Shown here piece after piece: positions 26,061 to 34,876 of a stretch of 64,000 nt of DNA. The notes under the pieces are model-generated. The model saw nothing but the letters and a program-made list of their open reading frames with translations, was not told the origin of the DNA and made no database searches. The stretch is from an uncultured Mageeibacillus sp. (GTDB lineage: Bacteria; Bacillota; Clostridia; Saccharofermentanales; DTU023): contig CAZSFQ010000001.1 of the NCBI GenBank assembly GCA_964606165.1, positions 74,278 through 138,277 on the forward strand, in the 5' to 3' direction. The translations under genes and the position numbers were made by a program. Position 1 is the first letter of the stretch, and every line of letters begins with the position of its first letter.

Positions 26061-28061
26061 ATGATGATTGACCAGGGAGGATCGTGCTCAAGCGGGAGCT
26101 GTGATCTGGGAGCAGGCCCCACCTGCGGCCACTGCCGGACCGATCAGGCCATTTCGCTGGATGGTTTTCTCGGGCGGTACCCGCTGCTCGGGCGTTTGAC
26201 CGCACCCTGGATCAGGATCCTGGCGGGCGTCCTTCTCTTCGCCGGTGGTCTGCTGGCCCGTGGTTACGGCACGACTTCCTTTTTGCTTTTCCTTGCGGGT
26301 TACCTGATCGTCGGAACCGGCGTGATCATCCAGGCATTTGCCGGTGCTTTTCGCGGCCATCTTTTTTCCGAACACTTCCTGATGACAGTCGCCACCATCG
26401 GTGCCTTCGTCATCGGTGAGTACGCCGAAGGTTTTGCGGTCATGCTCCTTTACCTGGTCGGTGAGGAGCTGGAACACCGCGCTGTCGACCGGACCAGGCG
26501 TTCCATCGACGCCCTGAACCGGATCCGGCCCGTCACCGCCCACCTGGTCACTGAGGAGGGTGTTGTGGATAAGAGTCCTGCCAGCATTGTGCCCAGCGAC
26601 CGGATTCTTGTTTATCCGGGTGAGCGGATTCCTCTCGACGGCCGGCTGGAAAATAAGGGCGGATCGGTTGACTATTCTGCGCTTACCGGAGAATCAAGGC
26701 CGGTATCCCTTGAGGCGGGAGATGAAGTCATGGCAGGCGCCATCAATGGAGCGGCGCTTCTGACCCTGTCCGTCATCCGCGACGAAAATCACTCAGCTGT
26801 CATGCGGATCATGGAGCTGGCCCAGGAAGCTGGCCAGAAGAAAACCCGGGTTGAAATGTTCACCGAACGGTTCGCCCGTATTTATACTCCCCTTGTCGTT
26901 TTTCTGGCGATCGGCATTGCCCTTTTTCCTCCGCTGGCGTTCGGCTTGGACATCAGCGTCTGGGTCTACCGGGCTCTTAGCTTCCTGGTCATTTCCTGCC
27001 CCTGCTCCCTGGTTATCTCGGTGCCGCTCGCCTACATCGCGGGGATGGGCAACGCCTCGCGCCGTGGCATCTATATCCGGGGCAGCCAGTACCTGGAGGC
27101 TCTGACTGATCTGGACACGGTCATCTTCGACAAGACAGGTACGCTGACAGACGGCACATTCGGGATCACCGGACTGGTGACCGCGCCCGGCGTTTCTTCG
27201 GGCGAGCTGGTGGCTTTGGCGGCGGCCATTGAAGAGCACTCGACTCACCCGGTCGCCGATGCCGTCCGAAGATTCAAGAAGGAATCTCTTGATGTGGCGG
27301 ACGAGACTCCTGCTCTTGACGCGGTCACTGACTTTGAGGAAATCGCGGGACACGGAATGGTGGCCAGGGCCGGTCAACAGCAAATCCTGGCCGGCAACGG
27401 AAGATTAATGGAGATGTTTGGCGTGGAAGGGATTATGGAAGCCAATAATGATCATTCCGGATCCACCATACATATCGCCAGGGAGGAGCGGTGGCTTGGC
27501 AGCTTATTCGCCTCCGACACCTTGAGACAGGGCGCTGTCCAGGCGGTCAGCCGCTTGCGGCATCAGGGTACCTCCTCGATCGCCGTCCTGTCGGGCGACC
27601 GGGAGGAGGCTGTCTTTGGGGCCGGCAAGGCCATCGGTGCCGACCTGGTCGCCTCGGAACTCCTGCCGGAAGACAAGATAAGAGAAGTTGAAAGCCTGCA
27701 GGAACTGACCGGGGGGCGCACAGCCTTTGTCGGTGACGGCATCAACGACGCGCCGGTTCTTCGCCGGTCCGATGTCGGCATCGCCATCGGCGGGCTGGGC
27801 TCGGACGCCGCGGTCGAGGCGGCTGACGTCGTCATCATGACCGATGAATTGGAACGCATTCCCGACGCGGTCTCCATCGCCCGCAAAACAAAACGGCGCG
27901 TCCATGAGAACGTCGCCGTCATCCTGGCTGTCAAAGCCATTCTCCTGGCTCTGGGGGCTCTGGGCATCACGCCTTTATGGGGAGCTGTCTTCGCCGATAC
28001 CGGAGTCATGCTCCTGACCGTGGTCAATTCGCTGCGCGCTTACTACAGCCGCGTATCCTAA
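26061..28061 (+). CDS. cadA: P1B-2-type Zn/Cd/Pb-exporting ATPase
   Basis: TGES, SCPC in TM6, DKTGT, HP, GDGINDAP, TM7 Lys and TM8 DTG; no classical HMA domain, only a short Cys-rich N-terminus. Confidence 0.9.
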   Translation: MMIDQGGSCSSGSCDLGAGPTCGHCRTDQAISLDGFLGRYPLLGRLTAPWIRILAGVLLFAGGLLARGYGTTSFLLFLAGYLIVGTGVIIQAFAGAFRGHLFSEHFLMTVATIGAFVIGEYAEGFAVMLLYLVGEELEHRAVDRTRRSIDALNRIRPVTAHLVTEEGVVDKSPASIVPSDRILVYPGERIPLDGRLENKGGSVDYSALTGESRPVSLEAGDEVMAGAINGAALLTLSVIRDENHSAVMRIMELAQEAGQKKTRVEMFTERFARIYTPLVVFLAIGIALFPPLAFGLDISVWVYRALSFLVISCPCSLVISVPLAYIAGMGNASRRGIYIRGSQYLEALTDLDTVIFDKTGTLTDGTFGITGLVTAPGVSSGELVALAAAIEEHSTHPVADAVRRFKKESLDVADETPALDAVTDFEEIAGHGMVARAGQQQILAGNGRLMEMFGVEGIMEANNDHSGSTIHIAREERWLGSLFASDTLRQGAVQAVSRLRHQGTSSIAVLSGDREEAVFGAGKAIGADLVASELLPEDKIREVESLQELTGGRTAFVGDGINDAPVLRRSDVGIAIGGLGSDAAVEAADVVIMTDELERIPDAVSIARKTKRRVHENVAVILAVKAILLALGALGITPLWGAVFADTGVMLLTVVNSLRAYYSRVS

Positions 28062-28372
28062 CCGCTCTGCTCTTCCGAATAATTCCGCCTCTTGCGAAGC
28101 TCCGCGATCAGGTCTTCAAGAGGAATGGCCGACGCGGCAAGCAGGACGATCAGGTGGTAGACCAGATCAGCGCTTTCGTAGACAATATCACTTTTGTGGC
28201 CATTCTTGGCGGCAATGGCTACCTCAATGGCCTGGACTCCCAGCTTGTTCAGAATTTTATCAAGTCCCTTGTCGAGCAGGTAATTGGTATAGGAACCGGA
28301 TACCGGGTTTTCCGCGCGCTCGATCACGACCTTGTAAAGTTCTTCCAGAATCGCCTCGTGCTTCTCAGACAC
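28058..28372 (-). CDS. hisE: Stand-alone phosphoribosyl-ATP pyrophosphohydrolase (HisE-like)
   Basis: SGSYTNYLLDKGLDKILNKLG...YESADLVYHLIVLL; GTG start with GAGG RBS; converges on cadA with a 4-nt overlap. Confidence 0.85.
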   Translation of the reverse strand: MSEKHEAILEELYKVVIERAENPVSGSYTNYLLDKGLDKILNKLGVQAIEVAIAAKNGHKSDIVYESADLVYHLIVLLAASAIPLEDLIAELRKRRNYSEEQSG

Positions 28373-28487
28373 CGTTTCACCTCTTTCCTTTGATGTTATG
28401 TAAGGATAGCACAGATTTCGCAAGCCTTGCCGGCAATTTCTTATGCATGATTACACGATAATAATGCATTATATATCAAATTTATAC

Positions 28488-28516
28488 TTGACAAAGCCAA
28501 TGGGCAATGGTAGGAT
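28488..28516 (+). promoter_or_regulatory. Orphan near-consensus sigma-A promoter facing the 3' end of alr
   Basis: TTGACA-17 bp-TAGGAT with an extended -10 (TGG), AT-rich upstream region, and no plus-strand gene downstream. Confidence 0.65.
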
Positions 28517-28522
28517 TCGATT

Positions 28523-28608
28523 AATACAATTATAAATTTTCGTTTCTGCTTCTTGCATAGGACAACGGCCGGACCCCCTCCCGGTCGTTTGTCTGTTGCT
28601 GGTTTTTT
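28523..28608 (+). ncRNA. Candidate ~85-nt small RNA with a C-rich loop
   Basis: Downstream of the orphan promoter; 12-bp stem (28561-28593) with loop ACCCCCUC followed by GGUUUUUU; no ORF. Purely predicted. Confidence 0.35.
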
Positions 28609-28621
28609 ATTGGGATTGCAA

Positions 28622-29785
28622 TTAGTCGGCACCGACCCGCGGCACACGCTCACTGATACCGCAAAATAGTTCGTAATCGATGCTACCGTAGAGATCGGTG
28701 ATTTCGCTTGCGTCCTTGCGGATCCATTCATCCTGGCCGAAAAAGGTGACCTGATCCCCGACCTTGACATCGTCAAGCCCGGTGACATCAACTATGCACC
28801 GATCCATGCAAACGCGGCCCCGGATAGGAAGCTCCCGGCCCTTGTGGAAGAAGGAACCACAGTTGGAGAGCAGCCGGGGCAGGCCGTCAGCATAACCCAT
28901 GTTGATGACAGCCAGGACGGAATCAACCGGCGTCGTCCAGGTTCCGCCATAGCTGACCCGCGTTCCCGCGTCCACGCCCTCCACCTGTTCGATCAGACTT
29001 TTAACGGTCATGACAGGCTTGAGCCCCGGCCAGGCTTCCTTGTCCGGGCCGGCCCTGCCTCCGTAGAGTACGATGCCGGGACGGACCAGATCAAAATGAT
29101 AGTCAGGCCCAAGAGGGATGGCCGAGCTGGCGGCCAGATGGCGGATCACGCGGGGAAAGCCTCGTCTTTCTGCCTCGTCCACGGTGTCAGCGAAGCGTTG
29201 TCGCTGCAATTTCGCGTAGTCAGGGTCGCAATCGGCGGTTGCCAGGTGCGAATAGATGCCGGTCACTTTAAGCGACGGCTCACGCGCGGCAGCCAGGATA
29301 ACCTGTACCGTCTTCTCCCTGTGCCTTTCATCTGCCTTCAAGCCCAGCCGGGTCATACCGGTATCGAGCTTGATGTTAACTTCAAGCGGAGGGCCCCCTG
29401 TTTTTTCGGACTGACGGGCAAATTCCGCCACTTCCCCGGCTGTCACGATCGACTGGGTCAGCCGGTAACGTTTGAGGTAGGGGATGTGCTGGCTCCTGGT
29501 TGCCCCAAAAATCAAAATGGATGATCGCGCGCCGCCCTGGCGCAGGGAGATGGCTTCATCCAGGGTCGCCACAAAGAGATGGCGAATGCCCGCTTCTTCC
29601 AGAAGCGGCACGACGAGTTCAACACAGTGACCGTAAGCATTGCCCTTGATCACGGGCGCCATGCCGATCCCCGGGCCGCCTATGTGCGACCGGATGACTG
29701 CCAGATTATTGACAAGGGCGCTTCTGGAAATCTCCGCCCAGACCTTCTTTGTATACCAGGGATCCTTGTCCTGCGAGCACTTCAT
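28622..29785 (-). CDS. alr: Alanine racemase
   Basis: WAEISRSAL, PLP-Lys motif IKGNAYGH, KLDTGMTRLG, YSHLATAD, VRPGIVLY, GYADG, GRVCMD and IDYELFC. Confidence 0.93.
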   Translation of the reverse strand: MKCSQDKDPWYTKKVWAEISRSALVNNLAVIRSHIGGPGIGMAPVIKGNAYGHCVELVVPLLEEAGIRHLFVATLDEAISLRQGGARSSILIFGATRSQHIPYLKRYRLTQSIVTAGEVAEFARQSEKTGGPPLEVNIKLDTGMTRLGLKADERHREKTVQVILAAAREPSLKVTGIYSHLATADCDPDYAKLQRQRFADTVDEAERRGFPRVIRHLAASSAIPLGPDYHFDLVRPGIVLYGGRAGPDKEAWPGLKPVMTVKSLIEQVEGVDAGTRVSYGGTWTTPVDSVLAVINMGYADGLPRLLSNCGSFFHKGRELPIRGRVCMDRCIVDVTGLDDVKVGDQVTFFGQDEWIRKDASEITDLYGSIDYELFCGISERVPRVGAD

Positions 29786-29804
29786 GGCATTTTTACATCT
29801 TTCG

Positions 29805-30866
29805 TCAGATCAGCTTCTTGGTGACATAAGGTGAGGTCATGGCCCGAAGGAGCGCCGCGTAGTCGGGGGAGAAGTCCAGCACATCGCCTACCTTGAAATC
29901 GCGCAGGGCCAGGCTGACATCCAGGATCATATGGTCACTTGAGGCGCCAAGGAAGCCGATATGGGCTTCTTTCGGCGTGAGGGTGTCGCAGCGCGTGTCC
30001 TGTTCGCCGATGGCAAGAATCGCGCGCCACAAGTTCCCGTGGTCTTCAAAGACAGGAATCTCATTGAAGGAATTGGGCCCGATCTTGCCTTGCGGAACCG
30101 AGGGTTTTCGCCTGAGCTCTACGATTTCAGCCCGCAGCGTGAAGACATCTTCATACATATCACCAATGGCCAGCCTGTAAGAAGTCTCAACACCCGTCAG
30201 GAAACCTTCCCCGATGCGAAGATGCGTAATGCCTTTTGGCATCCGGCCTTCCTTGAGTAAATAGAGAGAGCCTGAATTGCCCCCCGAAACGATGGGGAGG
30301 GGAATGGCGAACCGCTCGCGGATAGCTTCGGCCAGCAAGACCAGCTCTTCCAGCTGCTTTTCTTCCGGGATCACGCCGCCGTAACAGTTGAAATTGGCGC
30401 CGATCCCCGCCAGCCAGACACCGCGCAAATTGAGGACCCGCGACGCGACATCAAGCACTTCCTCCGGCATGAAGCCCTCACGCAGATCACCCATTTCGAC
30501 CATGAGAATGACCCCATGCATGCAGTCGAGGGCAAGGGCCGCGTCAGACAGCGACTCGATGACGGCCAGATCCGAATTAAGACTCAGGTCCGCGTAGCGC
30601 ACCGTGTCCATGGCCTGGGAGATCATGGGAATCCGCACCAGCATACGCGACAGTCCCAGGTCCTGGATGGTGGCAAGGTTCTCGACGCGGGCGTCCGCGA
30701 AGTATTCGGCGCCCGCCTCATGCATGGCTTCAACGACAGGCCGCCAGGCACAAAGGCACTTGGTGACGAAATGGATCTGGATATCCTGGGCCGCGGCCAT
30801 CTTGAGCAAGGTTCCGATATTGTGCTTCAATTTGAAACGATCAATCAGCAATTCTGGTAATGCCAT
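29805..30866 (-). CDS. orr: Ornithine racemase
   Basis: Alanine-racemase-family N-terminal fold (VTKCLC, GDLREG, NFNCYGG, VSGGNSGS, HLRIGE, GASSDH) inside the ora cluster. Confidence 0.88.
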   Translation of the reverse strand: MALPELLIDRFKLKHNIGTLLKMAAAQDIQIHFVTKCLCAWRPVVEAMHEAGAEYFADARVENLATIQDLGLSRMLVRIPMISQAMDTVRYADLSLNSDLAVIESLSDAALALDCMHGVILMVEMGDLREGFMPEEVLDVASRVLNLRGVWLAGIGANFNCYGGVIPEEKQLEELVLLAEAIRERFAIPLPIVSGGNSGSLYLLKEGRMPKGITHLRIGEGFLTGVETSYRLAIGDMYEDVFTLRAEIVELRRKPSVPQGKIGPNSFNEIPVFEDHGNLWRAILAIGEQDTRCDTLTPKEAHIGFLGASSDHMILDVSLALRDFKVGDVLDFSPDYAALLRAMTSPYVTKKLI

Positions 30867-30881
30867 CTTTACCTCCTGTCA

Positions 30882-32234
30882 TCATTTCGTCAGTGAGTCC
30901 ATCAGGAGCTGGACGGCAGCTTCCGGATAGGTCCTGGCGATGACGCCGCAAGACGCCATCAGGTAGTCTTTGTCTATCATAACATTCACTTGTGGAGGCG
31001 GGAAAAGCCGTTCACTGCCTGCCTTTTGCAGTAGATCTGCGACCAGGGAGGTGACGCCGGCCAGCCGGGTCAGGGCGCCTCCGGTCACGATCAAGGCCTG
31101 GACAGCTGTCAGGTCACGCCCCCGGACCACAGTGCGCCTGCCCCGCGCGGTAAAAATTTCGGTTATACGGCCGGCGTGCCGGTCCAGGGCTTCGCGGCAG
31201 CAGGTTCGTACCAGGGGAAGGATCAGGGCTTCCTCCTCCGGTCCCTGCGGTATTTCCGGAACGCCCTGCAGGCCTTCCGTGTAGTCAGCGGGAAGCTGCT
31301 CCCGCTCGTCAGCAGTCATGGCCTGGATAACGTGATCGCGATTGACGAAAACGCCCAGATCCCCTTCCACTGTCCTTTTCGCGAAGGGTTCGGGGTTGAT
31401 CCGAAAATCGATCAGGGCTTCACTCCCCTCTGTCACTGAATGCACATCGGTGGTTGCCCCGCCTACATCGAGGGCGACCAGGTCACCCAGCACCGGGTAC
31501 ATTCTTTCGGCCATGGCCATGACCGCGCCTGGGGTGGGCATGATGGGACCGGTCACAGCCTGGTGGATATGGGCCATCCCGGGCGCTTCAATGATGTGTT
31601 CCTCGAAAATGGCCTGGATGACGATGCGGGCCGGCCCGATATTGAGATTGTCAAGGGAGGGATAGACATTCCCGGTCACATAGACTTTGACCCGGTATCT
31701 TTCTGCCATGGCCCGGATCTCTTCGTCATTGTCGGCATTGCCAGCGTATAAAAAGGGAGTCTGCGGCATGGCTTGCGCCAGCTTTTCGAAATTGAAAAGA
31801 GCTGTCTCCCGCTCCCCGCCATCCGTTCCCCCCGCGATCATGATGATGCGGGGCTTGGCGGCCCGGACGCGCTCAAGGTCATGTTGACGGAGTTTGCCGG
31901 ATGAAACCATGCGCAGGACCGCGCCTGAGCCGAGCGCCGCTTCACGCGCGGCCCGCACCGTCATCTCGGGCACCAGGCCGTGGACAGTCATGGAAAGTCC
32001 GCCCGCCGCCGAACTGGTCGCGAAGACCTCATGGGCTTCGAGACTCTCCCGGCCCAGCCGGGAGGCGAGACGCTGCCTGGCCAGTTCGAGACCCTGCGTC
32101 ACATCCCCCTGGGGAATGGAGGTCGCCGCCGTTGCCTGTCCGAGGAAACGGGGGCGCCCCTCCTTGATTCCCGTAAACGCATTGACGATTGTCGTTGTAC
32201 TGCCGATCTCAGCGACAAGCAGATCAACTTTCAT
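30882..32234 (-). CDS. GlmL/MutL-like reactivating factor of D-ornithine aminomutase
   Basis: VAEIGSTTT, SSAAGGL, AGGTDGG, MPTPGAV, DVGGATTDVHSV and KRTVEGDLG. Confidence 0.88.
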   Translation of the reverse strand: MKVDLLVAEIGSTTTIVNAFTGIKEGRPRFLGQATAATSIPQGDVTQGLELARQRLASRLGRESLEAHEVFATSSAAGGLSMTVHGLVPEMTVRAAREAALGSGAVLRMVSSGKLRQHDLERVRAAKPRIIMIAGGTDGGERETALFNFEKLAQAMPQTPFLYAGNADNDEEIRAMAERYRVKVYVTGNVYPSLDNLNIGPARIVIQAIFEEHIIEAPGMAHIHQAVTGPIMPTPGAVMAMAERMYPVLGDLVALDVGGATTDVHSVTEGSEALIDFRINPEPFAKRTVEGDLGVFVNRDHVIQAMTADEREQLPADYTEGLQGVPEIPQGPEEEALILPLVRTCCREALDRHAGRITEIFTARGRRTVVRGRDLTAVQALIVTGGALTRLAGVTSLVADLLQKAGSERLFPPPQVNVMIDKDYLMASCGVIARTYPEAAVQLLMDSLTK

Positions 32235-32237
32235 CGG

Positions 32238-34493
32238 TCATGATTCCTCCCGCATTTCCCGCCGCCGCTTGACCAGGAAACTCGCGACATCAATTCCGTG
32301 GCTTCCGCGGCCAAAACCGGCATCCATGCCGGACTCAACGGCCGTCTCATTGGCAACCTGAGTGCCTCCTGCCACCAGAATCAATTGCTCGCGAACTCCC
32401 TTTTCAATACAAGTGTCAGCCAGTTTCCTCATGTTCTCGTAATGGACATTGTTGTGGGAGATGATGGTTGAGATCAGGATGGCATCCGCCTTGGTCTCCA
32501 CGGCCGCGTCGACAAGCTTGTCGACGGGACAGGAAGTCCCCAGGTAATGGTACTTGATCCCAAATCCTTCGATCCCCCCGTGCTTGATGTCCAGAATTTC
32601 TTTCATTCCGACGGAATGCTCATCTTCCCCGACCGTGGCCGCGACAACCGTCAGGGGGCTTTCGTGGACATCTGCCCTGATTTCCGCCTCGGACAGGGTT
32701 TCGATTTCTTCCGGCAGGACCAGCTGCGTCAAATCGATATCAAAGCCTACCTTGCCCTTCATCTCGATGTAGGTGCCCTCAGCCGGATGCATGACCTGGC
32801 TGTGGATGACCTCACACTCGGAAAGGCCCATTTTTTCCCCGATCAGGATGGCCGCCGCCTCCGCGTGTCTTTTATCGCAGGGCAGCAGCATGGTCAGGAC
32901 CAGGGTCCCGTCGGCCAAAAACTCAACTTCAGGCCGGATCAGGTTGGTATTGTCGTAGTACTTCTGTCTTTCTTCAATGCGTACATTGACATTGTCGTAG
33001 TCATCGAGCTCATCGATAAACTGAATCTTGGACGGATCTTCGAAGGTGTCTCCGCCGATCGCTTCGCTGGCTGACTGGAACCGGGGCGGGATCTTGTTGT
33101 TGCCGAAATGGACAGACACAGGCGCGAAGTAGTCATCGGCCCGGCGGTAAAGCGTGTCGTTGCCGATTCCCCCGTCGAGTTCGCGCGCGATGCCGTCACC
33201 CTTGCGGTCGGGATACTCGGCGCTGTCAACGAAGAAACCTCCTTCAACTGCGCTGTAGTAGCCGCCTGCCTCAATGATCTCCTCCATGAAGAGGATGGCC
33301 CGCTCCTTGAGCTCCCGGACACGGTCGCCCAGGGGCCCGTCGCGATTGATGTCCACCATCTGTCGGATGCCGTCCAGGCCGTTGAGGCTCTGACGGGCCG
33401 TGTTGACCGCGTTGATGTTGAAGTAGTGCCAGGGCACATTGCGCCCTTCATCAGGCGTGATGGTTGACTGGACGTCGGCCGATGTCAGCCGGGAGATGAC
33501 CATGTTGAGCGTATGCGTCACAGTCGCCTCGCGTGTCTCCGACTCCATGTACTTGGTGTTTTGCTGGGCCCGGATCTTGTAATCGCGGAAGAAATCGCGC
33601 AGGGCCACCGCGTAGGGCAGGTCAAGCCGCATGCAGGGCGCCGGCGGCGCCGTCGGCGGCACACTTGACAGGGCAATATTCTCCGGCTTGATCCCGCACC
33701 GGACTGAAAAGGCAGTATTGATGGCGTGCTGGACCATGAGTTCCGGCATCACCTTCCAGGCTTCCATGGCGGTCGCGTTGGCGTTGTGGGCGCCATCGAT
33801 CTGCAGCTGGCCGCCGTAGGCGATGATGGCCTTGCTCTCGCAGGCGTCAACGAAGCTTCTCAGCATGTTGATGTTGCGGTAGAGCACGTTGTATTGCGGA
33901 TCCTGGTGTACACCGGATACGCCTTCCTCAACAAACATGACGGCGATGTCGGGACCGGCTACCCCTGAAACATAGGAATGGTAGTTGATGGGTCTGCCGA
34001 CCTCATCTTCAATCAGGTCCAGGGCCCGCCGTGTGGCCCGGCATTGTTTTCTGGTGATGGGAATGCCGCCGATCCCCTGGGTGGTCCCTTCGATCAGGGA
34101 ATCGATGTGGGACTGGCCGGTTGTCCGGATGACCATGACATGGTCGGCGCCGGCCCAGGCGGCCATCCGCATACGGCGGACATCGTCTTCAAAACGTCCG
34201 GACGCGATTTCCGTCGTGATCACACAGTCAGGCTGCGGGTCAATGTAACCAAAGCCGCGGCTTCCGGGCAGGGGAACCGACTGTTTCAGCGGTTTCGATA
34301 CTTCATAGTAGCTGAAGTCACCCACCTGTCTCTCTTGATCGCGCTCCTCGCGCCAATGCCAGGGCCGGCGCGGCGAGTGATAATCCTCCAGGCCTTCCAG
34401 GATCTTGCGGATGTCCAGTCTTTGATCCGGCTGGAGTGAAAGGGTGGTTTCACGCGCCGGCACAAGACGGTCTTTTTTCTCCCTGCCGCTCAT
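32238..34493 (-). CDS. oraE: D-ornithine 4,5-aminomutase large subunit (PLP/B12)
   Basis: TEIASGRFEDDVRRMRMAAWAGADH, HQDPQYNVLYRNIN and the B12-binding GEDEHSVGMKEILDIKHGG. Confidence 0.95.
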   Translation of the reverse strand: MSGREKKDRLVPARETTLSLQPDQRLDIRKILEGLEDYHSPRRPWHWREERDQERQVGDFSYYEVSKPLKQSVPLPGSRGFGYIDPQPDCVITTEIASGRFEDDVRRMRMAAWAGADHVMVIRTTGQSHIDSLIEGTTQGIGGIPITRKQCRATRRALDLIEDEVGRPINYHSYVSGVAGPDIAVMFVEEGVSGVHQDPQYNVLYRNINMLRSFVDACESKAIIAYGGQLQIDGAHNANATAMEAWKVMPELMVQHAINTAFSVRCGIKPENIALSSVPPTAPPAPCMRLDLPYAVALRDFFRDYKIRAQQNTKYMESETREATVTHTLNMVISRLTSADVQSTITPDEGRNVPWHYFNINAVNTARQSLNGLDGIRQMVDINRDGPLGDRVRELKERAILFMEEIIEAGGYYSAVEGGFFVDSAEYPDRKGDGIARELDGGIGNDTLYRRADDYFAPVSVHFGNNKIPPRFQSASEAIGGDTFEDPSKIQFIDELDDYDNVNVRIEERQKYYDNTNLIRPEVEFLADGTLVLTMLLPCDKRHAEAAAILIGEKMGLSECEVIHSQVMHPAEGTYIEMKGKVGFDIDLTQLVLPEEIETLSEAEIRADVHESPLTVVAATVGEDEHSVGMKEILDIKHGGIEGFGIKYHYLGTSCPVDKLVDAAVETKADAILISTIISHNNVHYENMRKLADTCIEKGVREQLILVAGGTQVANETAVESGMDAGFGRGSHGIDVASFLVKRRREMREES

Positions 34494-34858
34494 GACACCA
34501 CCTCCCCGAAGAGTTCTTGCGCCTCTTTCCAGTATTTGCCTTCTGCCAGGGCAAGGCCTGTGTCACGGATCTCCATGCCAAGTTTCTCCGACAGACGCCA
34601 GACAAGATGGCCCGCGCCGTGCGGAAGCAGGCGGTGTTCAGTGGCGCCGCTGACGATGGCCTGCGCCTCCAGGCTTGAAAAGCCCATGCGGAGAAGGATA
34701 CTGCGTTCAATGGCCGGTGTCGTATAAATCCTCCCCGCCTCGACGAGGGGGTCGACGATCTTCCCGGCCAGTTCCCAGAAATAGTCATAAAGCGCCTGGT
34801 CGGACATGCCCTCCAGATGCTTTCGCCTTTCTTCAAATTTTTGATCTGTCACTCTCAT
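34490..34858 (-). CDS. oraS: D-ornithine 4,5-aminomutase small subunit
   Basis: FEERRKHL...LYDYFWELAGKIVDPL...TTPAIERSILLRMGFSSLEA. Confidence 0.93.
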   Translation of the reverse strand: MRVTDQKFEERRKHLEGMSDQALYDYFWELAGKIVDPLVEAGRIYTTPAIERSILLRMGFSSLEAQAIVSGATEHRLLPHGAGHLVWRLSEKLGMEIRDTGLALAEGKYWKEAQELFGEVVS

Positions 34859-34876
34859 CCCTCCCTTTGTTTCTGC

